Assembly: GCF_009914755.1 (NCBI RefSeq)
Contig: NC_060934.1
Source of the DNA: the human T2T-CHM13v2.0 reference genome, Homo sapiens
Length of the DNA: 64,000 bases
Direction: 5' to 3' (one strand)
A model generated the notes under the pieces. The model was given only the letters and a program-made list of their open reading frames with translations. It was not told the DNA's origin and did no database searches. The translations under genes were made by a program, and so were the position numbers. This document shows, in pieces, positions 1-12,872 of this stretch. The stretch's first letter is position 1, and every line of letters starts with the position of its first letter.

Positions 1-429
1 AATAGAAGTAGGTAATAGGTAATACATATACACACACACACATTAAAAAATACATCATGAGAATATTAGGCTTTTAATTTAAATGCAAATCTACAGGTCT
101 CATTGAACAATATTTCCATTTAACTACGTTTCAGGCTTTTATAAGATCCAGCTTAGGGAAAATTGAATTCATGACATTTAGTTTGAGTTTAGTGAAAAAT
201 ATTTATGTGATTTTTTAGTTGCTATTGTGTGTGGTGAAGCTATTATTAATCTTCAGTGTATAGAACCATTACTTCTCTGGTTCCCAGAAGTAGAAATGTG
301 AATGATGGAGAGAAAAATAGATTTGCAATGTATGGAACCTGAAGCTGGTCTCTGAAAAATTCTTCTAATCATCAGACATGTTTAATTTTTAGTGGAGGAG
401 TCAGTTCTCATCAACATCTAGTCAAAATG

Positions 430-1295
<866 letters not shown>

Positions 1296-1299
1296 GTGT

Positions 1300-1730
1300 T
1301 GGTTGCTTTTCATTTAACCTTTGCCATTTTTAGCCCTTCTCTGCCCTATTCTGTACCCTAGGACCCTACAGATTTTCTCAGCTGGGCTTACCTGTTCTTT
1401 GGCTTCAAGAAGAGAAAAATGTTGGAATATTCATTCTTTTTGCTTCCTTTTGTCTCTCATCCTAGTTGCAGTAGTGAATGTACTCTGCTAAGACCTCAGG
1501 ACTTGGTGGAAGGCTCACACTTCACAGTTTCAGCTTTTATGGGGCCTTGTAACACCATTTTCTCCATTTTCCCTTTCAGGCCTGAGATATAAAGACATTC
1601 TCCAAGGTTTCATTATCCTTACTGATTTCCTTAATCCTCTTCAAGACTTAACTATTCACTTCTGTTGTTAAATTCTTTAGTTAAACTCTCTCGAGTATGG
1701 ATTTGTTTTCTGCTAGGACTGATGTGGATA
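1300..1730 (+). mobile_element. Old ERVL-class LTR (LTR33-like) remnant
   Basis: End gatttgttttctgctaggactga resembles the ERVL LTR U5. Heavily diverged. Confidence 0.4.
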
Positions 1731-2344
1731 TTGAGGTTAAGCCTGAGTAGAGAAGTCTGGGATGAGGAATTAGCCAAAGTTTATTGGCTCCTTTTGATGC
1801 ATGTGATACCTCAGTTTGCACGTTCCCTTTGCATCCAAAAGCTCTTCTGTATCTGGACCCTGTTCAGGGCATGGGACTCTTTGGCAAAGCAAAGATATCC
1901 TGTGCTTAGATTTTAGGCTGCACTGGGACACCAGTTCCTCCTGCCCCCAACCTGTGGGCATGCCTTTTTCTAGAGTGTCACAACAGCATGTGAGTCTTTG
2001 ATACCCAGGATACCTGTATTCAGTCCTCTGCAATGTCTGGAATTATTCCCCTTTTGCTTGCTGCTCACATGGGTGCATTCCTCTCTTCCCTCCTTCTCTA
2101 GTATCTTTAGTATGGTATCTGCCTCTAGTCAACATTTATTTTCTATAAGAAGAGTTTATGATTTCACATAACTTATGGTTTCTGTCTTGCAAAAATCTCT
2201 GAGGCATTATGTAGAGGATCTGAATAAAATGAGTAAAAAGGGAAAAATATAGAGAGAATCAAAAAACTTAAAATTATGTTATTATGCCCCAAGACCATCC
2301 AAAATTTTTGCAGGGTATTTATTAGTGTGATACAAACTGTTTCC

Positions 2345-2848
2345 TGGGACCCATGCAGGGCAGATCTTGGCCTGGTTATTTTCAGATCCATACTCTGTCT
2401 TTTTCTTCTGCCCTGGCCAGTATTATAAGAAACTACATTTGTCAGGCTTCCAGTCCTCTAGTGTCTGTTCAGGTTTGGCCAATGGGATACACTGGTACAA
2501 AGAATATATAAAAGAGAGAACCCAGGGTATGCCTTCTCTTTTCTCTGCTTTTGGTCAGGTCTTTGGCAGCATCTCTGTGCATCTTCTATGTATCCAGATC
2601 CTGCTGGAAGGCACTCCTCCTCATGGTCCAACTTCTAGTCTGTAACTACCTCCTGGATTTGAAAACACGGCCTCTTCCTATGTTTCTCCAGCCCTTTTTG
2701 TTGTTGTTAATTTCTGGGATGCCTCACCATCTCCTATTTGACTTTTTGGTTCTTTAATCACCTGGATAATCAATTCCCTAGATTAAATTTTATCCGGTTG
2801 AAATAGCTAGAGTGGTTTCTGTTTTCTGATTGAAATTAAAATAATACA
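2345..2848 (+). mobile_element. Old ERVL-class LTR (LTR33-like)
   Basis: 3' end gaaatagctagagtggtttctgttttctgattgaaattaaaataataca matches the typical ERVL U5 ending in ...ATACA. Confidence 0.5.
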
Positions 2849-4734
2849 TCATATTTCTTCCCAGTGGAAGAATTTATCTTCAGCTGAGTCTTCATTTCTG
2901 TCTGAGACTGTATATAAAAAATAGCAACCCAATCAATCTAAATAAAAAATGATTTATCAAAAGTACACAGATCTTATGAAATTCAAGATTGATTGAGAGT
3001 ACACAGAATGTGAACTCTGTTCTATTGTCTATTCTGGGCAAGTTTAGCCCTCAGACAGTAGTATGGATAAGGAGACCAAACAGATTTAGCAGCTGGCTAT
3101 TTTACTGCAGCTCCAGGTCTGCTTGTACAAGGTTCCGGAAAAAACTCTTTCCTCTTTCCAGTCCATGGTTGATTTCAAGTAGTGAAAGGAGGAGAATGTG
3201 GTTATATAGCCATATGATTTATCATCCATTTAGACTTGATCAGAGACAGTGGGAGGACAATGGGGGTCCTCCAGGTCAATGGTACCTGGAGGACTTCCCA
3301 AGATACTGGCTTATGTTTACTCTCAAATTTCAAATTATTTTGCTTTATTTTAATCTATGTAACTAACACTTCCCGCACTTCTTTCCAGATCTCTTCTAAT
3401 TAATTTTATTTTTGCTTTATTTTCATGTATGTTTTTCTAATTAGAGTATCTTTAGTGTGGGGAAATATCTCTGTGTCCAGGACAAAAAAAGAATGGGTCA
3501 TGCGCAGACATTTGGTCAAACTTCAGCTATAATGATGAGGTTTAATTTTATTTCATGTAGCATTCTTCAGTTTTCCCCTTATTATTTTGACTGTATTTCC
3601 ATAAGATCTTAGTGACTTAAAAATATTCCTCCAATTTCACTGACTATACATATTTTATTTTTAACTGTATCCTTTTCCAAAGCAATAGCTTCCTCCTCTG
3701 ATCTATGCTGCTCTGTCAACAAATCGTATTTTAGGATGAGCAAGAACCAGGGCAGTACTAAGGACCCTTTGCTGCAAGAGTCTGTGGATTTCATTCCAGT
3801 GCCCCAATATTAATGTGTCTCAGGTCCCATCTGCCTCCAGTTCTGAGTGGTGGGCAGCATGGGCTCAAAGATTTGAACAAGGTGGTCTCTAGTTGAGCAT
3901 TCTGTCTTTGTCTCTTAGTTGATAGCTAATTGTTAAGAGATTTGATAACTATCTTAGTATTTTATCTATTTCTTCCCCTCTAAATCACAAGAATTGACTT
4001 TTCCTGTATTTTAAGAAGCAAAATAATAATACCAACAATGGTAATTTTAACTAGAAGTGTTATTACTTTTAATAAAAAAGAGAGTGATTATAATAAAGTA
4101 CTGTAAGCTTCAGAGACTGAATAATCTCAACTCATGGAGAAATTGGCTAACTGAACACCTTGGCTGCTCGACACCCCTCTCTTCTTGACCCTATTGCATT
4201 GGTTGGTCTCAATGTGTCCTCCAGAATTGCTGCCAAGAAAAGGAATCATGAAGTGATTGCCTCTGGTGGGGCTAACCTGTAGATTTATAATCCCTAAACC
4301 CCGAAAGACCACAGTCTGGATCTCTTCTGTGGTTCTGCAGAAATAGAAAGATGCTAATCAAAATTCCCATGGGTCGTTTGTTCACTGATTAGTTCATGTG
4401 TAGTAAATAATTTGCCCAAACAATCAATAGTGACCTAATTGAGGCATTGAGGTCTACTGATGCCTTAACCACAGGTAGCAGGAAAGGCTTGAAAATAGCT
4501 ACAGGTACTGAACTTCCATAAGAGTCACATGTAAACCAGGGACCCAAGCATTAGAGATTACCAAAGAACAAGAGTGTAAGGGAGGGAAACATCCATGAAT
4601 GCAGCTTTTGCTGAGATGGTAGCTTCACATTTCTTTAGATGGAGAACTAAGGTCACTTTTCAGATTATAAGTATCAAGGCAGAACTGCCATCCTAAATAT
4701 TTATAATGCTTATACATATTATAAATATTTTAAT

Positions 4735-4893
4735 TTATAAATATATTTATAATGCAAATTTTTTGTTATAAATTTTATTATAAATATATTTATAATGCAA
4801 AATTTTTGTTATAAATTTTTATTATAAATATATTTACAATGCAAAATTTTTGTTATAAATTTTTATCAAAAATATATATTGCAAAATTTTTGT
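4735..4893. repeat. AT-rich minisatellite, ~43-44 bp unit, ~3.5 copies
   Basis: Repeated unit ataaatatatttataatgcaaaatttttgttataaatttttatt is directly visible. Confidence 0.9.
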
Positions 4894-6019
4894 ATTCTAA
4901 ACAATTACATAAAATTAACAAGGGTTTATATAGAAATTAGGGTTATATGTGTGTTTGTGTGTGTGTGTGATCTAATTCTCTAAAGGAGTTTATAAGGGCA
5001 AGAAGAATAGAAAACCCTTCTACCTCAAACTATACGGAGTAAGGTTCCTTTCTTACCTACCACTCCCACCCAAAATATTGGGGCTGGACTAAATGTAAAT
5101 CATGGAGGAATTTGTTCAGAGCACCAGTTACAGATCAGTTTAGATTGGTTATAGAATAAATGGATTGTGAACCACAGGACCTTATGTGTAGAGAGAAAGA
5201 AAGGCTTTCTACATAACAGGATTTCCCATAGGCATATTACTACAAAGTATTTTGGTGGAAAGTAAAGCCTCCTTAAAAATTAGCTGATGGGCAACCTATA
5301 TTAATAGTCATCAATTAGAGCCATTTCAGACAGACCTGAGAATTCTGTTTACTAATAATCAGGAACCTAGGACACAGAAAATGAAAGTAAAAGCCTGTTA
5401 AACTTCATGGAACATAGAGAAAGAGGAGCCAAAGTATTCTGAACCAAAAATCTGAATTGGATCAGTGCAGAGATAATTCACCTACCACATGACTAAAGGT
5501 TTCTATTAGCTTTTCTTCAAGCTAAACTTAGAACTTAATATCAGACAACTGATGCATAATATTTATAGTTTCTTATAGATAATGATGCCTAATATTACTA
5601 TTCTCTTTAGCATTCTTTTCTATATAAGTTTAGTCATCTGTGATTTGTTAATTTTGCTGCTTTCATTAAGTTAGAAAAAGTCAAGTTAAGAAACTGGTCC
5701 AAGTGTTGTTGAAGAAAGAGATCAGCACTGGAGGATCGTACAAGAGTTCAATAAAGAATTGATTCTCAGTGTGCTAAGACCAGGTTGGGAGCATTACATA
5801 GAGGAATGTTGCTGTAGCGGGGGCTTAGTTAGGACTGGGTATGTCACAAGTCACATACAGGAATCAAGGGAGAAACCAGTTTCCAATGAAAGAAGTGGCT
5901 AGAAACAGGCATAAGTTGTAGCAAAAAGATTTGTTGTTAGATGCTCATTAGGTTTAAAGATGGCCACACATAAAGTGTGTAGTGCCCACTGTGTGTAGTG
6001 TGTAGTGCCCAAAGAAACC

Positions 6020-6200
6020 TAGCTCAATTGCATAACAGCTGTGTGGCCTTAGGCTGGTCATTGATCCATTCTGTGCCTCAGTTTACTCCTTCGTAAGCAA
6101 GCATGGGCATAACAACTCTTTATGGATTCTTGTGAGAACTTGATGAGTTAGCACATGAAAACCACTTGGAAAAAGTATTCAGTAAAGATTAGCTCTTGAT
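6020..6200 (+). mobile_element. MIR SINE
   Basis: Core agctgtgtggccttagg...tctgtgcctcagttt. Confidence 0.75.
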
Positions 6201-6689
6201 ATTGTTACTAGCTCTTGACATTGATAATAATTAATTACATCAATAATTTATTTCACTAAAATAAAGGCTGATATGAAATAAAGACTACTGGATATACTGG
6301 GTATAATATAGTGAGTATGAGTTTGAGAATACCGGATATAAGTTTGGAAATATGGCTTCTAGTCATGGCTCTCACAATTACACCCCAAGTAAGCAATAGA
6401 ATTTTAGAACTGGAATGTGAAAGTGATTCTGAAATTATCTTATTCCAATTCCTCAATTTACGTAAAAAAAATTGGGGCCAGGGGATTCTTGCTCAAGGTC
6501 ACACAGCTACTTGGTAGCAGCATGCATTCCACTCTACTGCCTTTCTTAAATAAACTTCACCCTTAGCTTCCTCATGTGGAAGTCAAAATGTTGAACTATG
6601 TTAATTATTCCCCCAATTCAATTAAAATATAGGCCCTTTAAAGCTCAAATCATTAAATTAATTAGCAGATATTTATGTCTAAAAATATC

Positions 6690-7560
6690 TGAACATATGT
6701 TTGTTCTATAACACAGCAATTCCACCCCAGATATGTATCCAAAAGAAATGTGTATATCAAATGATAAGAACTAGAATGTTCATAAGAGCACTAGTTATAT
6801 TACTCCCAAACTGGAAACTACTTAAATGTCCATCAACAGTTGAAAGGGTAAATATACTGGCACATTCACACAATACAATATGTTGCAGCAAGGAGAATGT
6901 ATAGCTACACAAAATACCAGTGAGTCTCACCAACACAGTGTTAATCGAAAGAAGTCATAGCCAGAGCGATTCATGTCATGTGATCCTATTCATATAGAGT
7001 CCAAAAATAAGCAAAACTAAACTGTGCTGTTTGAAGTGAGGATGGTAGTTATACTGATAGGAGTTAGAGACTGAGAAAGGGTCCAGAGGGGTTCAGAGGT
7101 GAATGATAAGATTTTGTCTCATTTTATTTTATTTTATTTTATTTATTTTTGAGTCAGAGTCTCACTCTGTCACCCAGGCTTGAGTTCAGTGGCATGATTT
7201 CAGCTCACTGCAACTTCCACCTCCCAAGCTCATGAGATTTTAGTGCCTCAGCCTTCTGAGTAGTTGGGACTACGGGTGCACGCCACCATGCCCAGCTAAT
7301 TTTCATAATTTTAGTAGAGACAGGGTTTTGCCATGTTGGCCAGGCTGGTCTCGAACTCCTGGCCTCAAGTGATCCACCCACCTCGGCCTCCCGAAGTGAT
7401 GGGATTACAGGTGTGAGCCACAACTCCTGGCAGGTTTTGTCTCTTAATCTGGGTTTTGGTTGCATAGATGTGCTCAGTTTACGAAAATTCAATGTTTTAT
7501 TTTTATTATCTGTGTACTCCTCTGTACGTATATTATTCTTCAATAAAAATAAAACAAACA
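6690..7560 (+). mobile_element. Old L1M (L1MC/ME-type) 3' UTR, split by an Alu
   Basis: cagcaattccacccc...aatgttcata...aaatgtccatcaacag motifs, and a terminal ttcaataaaaataaaac tail. Confidence 0.8.
7121..7431 (-). mobile_element. Alu (S/J-type), full length, (ATTTT)n tail
   Basis: Reverse Alu consensus. TSD ag[a/g]ttttgtctc at 7109-7120 and 7432-7443. Confidence 0.95.
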
Positions 7561-8639
7561 CAGTAAAACAAAAAACATTGAGTGTCGCCTCTTGTCAGCC
7601 ACTATTCTAGGTGCTGGAGATAATGAACAAAATTGACAACATCTCTACCCTCAAGGAGGCTATTTTAGTGAAGAGTAAAGGAGACAGATTTGTATGATGA
7701 AAAGAAGCTAAAGTTGTTTTAAAACTGTAGTTGAGCAGTGATTACTTCATTTATTAAGTAACTATATTGTAGCTGCCATTGTTGTCTCTCAATTTATGGA
7801 TTCTGATATTGTAGCTAAACATTCGACAGTATATCATCTCTCATGCTGTCTGAGAGCTTCTTTTAAATATGATTCTTAAAAATCTCTAATGGTTTCTCTT
7901 TTCTTGGCTGTCTGCTACTTTCCAAGTGGTTTTAGACTCATTTTTCATCAGTATGTCAATGGGCATTGCCAATTACCACAAAGTGCTCATTTCTCATAAA
8001 AAATAGAAACAGCAAACTAGAAAAACTTGCTACAGCAGCCAGTGGTATATGGGACCTATTACAGCCATTTAAGTAACCTCAGTAGTGATCTGTTTACGAA
8101 AGAGACTATTTGCTTTTTAAGATCTATTGCCCATTTAGCAACCTCACTGACAAAGGCAACATTATTCAATATTATTGTCATATGTTTTCAAAGTTGGACT
8201 TTAATTGCCTTTCAGACAAAAAGGATACTTTAATTATTATACTTAATTGTGAGAGAGAACAATTGCGAAAACTGGGATATGCATTGATGTTCCAATGTGC
8301 TTTTTTTTTAATGGGATAAATGAAGCCCAAGAATCAAACGAAAAATGCTGAGAAAATAATTGAAGAACTCTTTAGGAATGTGCAGACGTTTATTGGGACC
8401 ATATATGAGAGCCCCGAGACAATCAAGATTTTGATTAGCCTGTAGATAACAGTGCAATTTTATCACCTTTGATTGTATCAAAATGTCCCCATGGACTGAA
8501 GGAGTGCATAAAGCCGCTAGCTTGAGTTTATAATGATGTTACTGGTATTATTTAATTTAATGTTTTATGAGCACCATATTATTTAATAATGGTTTCTTAT
8601 TGAACTTATGGTGACATTTCTTGAGTTGTTATTGCAAAC

Positions 8640-9150
8640 GATTGTTTTCTGGCAGCCTTCTCTTTCTCACACCACATAATAGGGTTATGTGGCCCCTGTT
8701 GACCATTTTGCACAGCATGGCTCTGCCCACAGGTTACAATGAATTGGAAGAGGGGAGAACACATGTCTCAATCAGAGCACCATTTTCAGATTATAGCCAC
8801 AGTTGATTGGTCAAAAGGTTGGTATGTGACCCAGGCTTGACCATTTCCTTCTCCAGGAAATTCTGTTTGGGTTTTAAGGAGAGAAGGTGGTTCCTCTTTG
8901 GCTGATGTATAAGTGTGATTGTTGTTTGTGGACATTTTTTTCTGCCATGTACAATATAATAGAAATGAGTGTTCAGGTGTGTTTTGGGGAGCAGAGTTGG
9001 GGGGTAGACATTATTAAAGTCATCCCTGTCCCTGGTTCCTGTCCATTCACAGGGCCAAGTAGCATTCCAGTTCTTGGATTCCATGGGAACATTATTTACT
9101 CTGAAATGGTAGAATTGGTTTCTGTACTTGCAAACAACAGCCCTGCCTCA
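8640..9150 (+). mobile_element. ERVL LTR (LTR16-like) remnant
   Basis: End ttggtttctgtacttgcaaac resembles the LTR16-family U5. Confidence 0.45.
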
Positions 9151-10039
9151 TGTAGTTTTCTGACTTTACACCGACTCTCTTCCACCTGCATTAATATATG
9201 GACAACATTTTGCAAAAGTCCAGCAAGTCAGCTCAGCTTCCTTTTGGAATGAAATATGTTTCAAATAAATAAAATTTTAAAAGGGTTAAATAAATGTTTT
9301 AGAATTCCTAAAAAGGGTTTATATTTCATTTCACATTTGGAATTACGTTTCACTTAATGATGAAGAGTAATTATAGAATCCATTCCATTTTAAAGCTGAA
9401 AGAAAGGGATCTCCCCTCTTTTTTTTTTTTTTTTCTGACTGAGGAAACTGGGGCCCAACGAGGTCAGCCTACCTAGATTTCACGGTTCATCAGTCCTAGT
9501 AGGGCTTTCCATTTGAGATAGTAAAATGGAGGTACCTAGGCAGCTACAAAATCTAGCCTAAAAGCAGAGAGCTAAATTCAAGAGAGAATGGAAGCCAGGG
9601 ATGATGGGACATTTCTCTGGAATGCATAGAGAGTGGAGTTGCGAATTCGGTGTCAGGACCCCAAACATCGAATTTCATTGCGTGCCCTCTCATTGCTTGA
9701 CAGTTGCCTGCTACTTTGTTTTCAGCAAAGACATCAGAAATCCACATTTTGCAACTGCCACCCCCTTTCCAGCTTCTAAACTCAGAACTCTTCTCCCTGT
9801 CCTTCTTTAGCTCTCAACCTCTTTGGAGGGATCCTTAGGCTAGGGCTGAGTGAACAAACATCTTGGGAAAATATCTGCGTTACCAGCTGTTTGAGAAAGG
9901 TGTGTATTGGTGAGATTGAAGACAGGTATGTGGATGAGGATCCACTTAAAGATAATATATTATCAAAAGGGAAATAAATTCTACATGATGAACTAATCTA
10001 GTCAGAGATGATAGAGAGCTAACTAGAAATTTGTACATT

Positions 10040-10220
10040 TTCTAGGTGGCAGAGGACACTTTTCTGAATTTCAGTCTCTTAGGTGGGCAAGTTACTTAAA
10101 CTCTCCAAGGTTCACTCAATTTGTCATTTTAAAGGGGGGAATATGGGCTTATATCTCTTAAATGAGAAAATGCATTTGTAGAATTTAGCCTTGTAAGCAC
10201 TCGCTATATGTTAGTTATTA
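10040..10220 (+). mobile_element. MIR SINE
   Basis: gggcaagttacttaaactctc core and a ...gttagttatta end. Confidence 0.65.
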
Positions 10221-11597
10221 ACACTGGATAGGATAACACTGAAAGGGTGAATTTTTTAAAAGGTAAAATCATGAATCTCACAGAGCTATAAAATAAACAC
10301 ATGTCAAAAATTTCATTTAACCCATCACTAAGTGAATACAGCTGGTTCAAAGGAAAATCTAAAAAGCAGACTCATTTATAGACAAGTAATATTGAAATTA
10401 ACTGCTCTGAACAGTACATAGTTTTCTTTTGAAGGCACTCAGTAATCTTTCTTGCTTGTTCCAAATCTCCTGACATTGCTATAATTATTATTAATTACCC
10501 TAACTGAGTCCCTCCATTCATGCCCACTTACCAGGAAGGAGTTTATTTTTGACATATCATAAATCTCATGTGCCTAAAATCCACATTTACAATATAAATA
10601 TTCTTGCCTGTTCAAGGTAGATTTTGCAATAGAGTTCCACTACTACAACCCTTTATTATCAAGCCTTCAGTTCTTGGCCATAACTTACTAGCTTGGATTA
10701 AAGTCAAAGGGTGAAAAATATGTTGAGGCTTAAACAAGAAAGAAAAACGGAAGTGGTCACGCTGGCAATTTACCCATTTAGAAAATGTCTGGGGCTATGA
10801 AAACTAAATCCACTGTTGGCAGAGCATGCTCAAGGAGGAGAGTCTGTTTGGTGCGGGAAATAGTACTCAACCTTTCATTTTCAGCAATTTCATCAAATCT
10901 CTCCTGCTCTCTCAAATATTTCTTTAGTCTCCTATAATTTATGGTAACCATGGCACTTAGTATTACCCAGGTGTTAAATCAAACACACAAAAAAGGTAAA
11001 AAGAATAGTAAAGAAGTATCGAGTGATGCCCAAGGGAACTTATTAAGTGTATTTCATTTAAATAATCCAATTCAACGGATTGAGGCAGAACTCTTTTCTT
11101 AAAAAAAGTACAACTTGAAAGAACTTGGCTCAAATTGGAGTAGTCACCTTACCTGCAAGCTGCCCAGATCATTAATTTTAATAATTTCTATTGCACACTT
11201 CTGAAGTAGACTGCATTGGTTGTTCTTTACACTTGTTCTGTGATGTAATTAGGTTGCTATTAGGCTCTACACTTGAAAGATGCACAATGAGGTCAATGAT
11301 TTGAACAAGCGAATAGTCAGGGCCAAAGACACACATTCTATTTCAGCCAATTTTTGTCTCACTTCTATGCAACTTGGGATTTTTCCTTCTTAGAAACAGA
11401 CCATTTTAGCCACGTGACCTTGAAGTACTCTCCCACAGTCTCGTATCCTTCTCAGAAATCCCCTAGTTTCATGCCTTCCTCTCTACCAGTCAACACCAAC
11501 TCCTTGCACATTCATGGATTCAGCTAGTGAACGTACTTATTGATTGCCACTCTACCACATCTAAGAACGATTTTTGGAAGAGGAGGAGGAATATTCA

Positions 11598-11752
11598 ATA
11601 CCATTAAACATCAGGGAAATGCAAATCAAAACTACAATGAGATATCACCTCATACTTGTCAGGATGGCTATTGTCAGAAAAACAAAAGATGAGTGTTAGT
11701 GAGCATGCCATGTGGAGAAACAGGAACCTTTGTGTGCCATTGGTAGAACGCT
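11598..11752 (+). mobile_element. Isolated L1M ORF2 3'-end fragment
   Basis: catcagggaaatgcaaatcaaaactacaatgagatatcacctcatac ([13 protein letters not shown] motif). Confidence 0.85.
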
Positions 11753-11859
11753 AATAATTAAAATTTTGTGAGCTTCTGAGCATGTTTATTACCATTTGAA
11801 CTAACTTAGTAGGAGAAAAATTATTACAATTAACTCTTCAATACTAATATGTTAGTATT

Positions 11860-12070
11860 GCAGGATGAAAAGAGCATATGCTTTGGAGGCTCAGTCCTTA
11901 ATTAGTTACTATTTAGTAAATAAAAACATTACTTAATGTTTCTGAGCCCCAGTTTCCATACCTTTAAAATGGAATGACAGTATCAAATGGAGTTGCTGTA
12001 AGGATTATCTGCAATACATTGAACATACCTGGAACAAAATACGTGTACACTAAATAATAGCCATTATTTT
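11860..12070 (+). mobile_element. MIR SINE
   Basis: tctgagccccagtttccatacctttaaaatgg core. Confidence 0.7.
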
Positions 12071-12754
12071 CAATTTATTACTTTAGACATAAGTCTTCTG
12101 TGAATTAAGTATTCTTATTTTTTATCTATCAAATATTAGAGAAAGGAGAATGTGAAGGTTTAAGTATCGCATGCTGCTTTTATTTTCTTAGCCATATAAA
12201 CTAGGTTATTTACTAATTTGAGTGAAATTTGTTGACTATGTGGATAATCTGTGACAAGTGTTTTGTTTTAGGCTAAGTTTTAATAATGTATCACCAATCT
12301 AGGTGAAGTCTCCTCTCTTGGGTGGTAATTGCTCAGTGAATGGAAAATAATTTTATTGGCATTTTCAGCCAAATCTGGACCATTCATTCAAATGCAGTAA
12401 TCCAGGGAAATATTATTATAAAGACAAATAAAAATTAGTAGCATATGTTGGAAAGTAGGACTACACAGAGAGTGAAAACTCACACGTTTCAGTTCACCTG
12501 CCACACATAACTGTAAATGTGACCCAGAGTCATCACAACTTCTTCAGGGCTCCATTTCATCTGTGCTGTGACCTGTTGAACCACATATTCTCTGATGACA
12601 GATGCGTAGAGGCACATAGAGTCTATGCTAATTAGAAGTCAGTTACCAAAACATGAGGAAATAGATTCGGATTATCTGTGTTTTGAATACTACTACTGTT
12701 TGTCTTAATTAACATGAAAATCAAGGATGTTTATAATCACTACTCAGAGTGATA

Positions 12755-12872
12755 GCACTAGCATTTCTGTAGGGCTTTGTAGTGTATAAAGTGCTTTTCA
12801 AATACATTGGCTCCTTTGGATTTCACAGCAACTTGTGAAATAGGTATTACCATTCTCTCCCTTTGACAGATG
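12755..12872 (-). mobile_element. MIR SINE, followed by a TG/GA microsatellite to ~12922
   Basis: Reverse MIR 3' half: cacagcaacttgtgaaataggtattaccatt...acagatg. Confidence 0.65.

Noticed and set aside
4735-4893. CRISPR-like array
   Set aside because: Head-to-tail tandem units without unique spacers.
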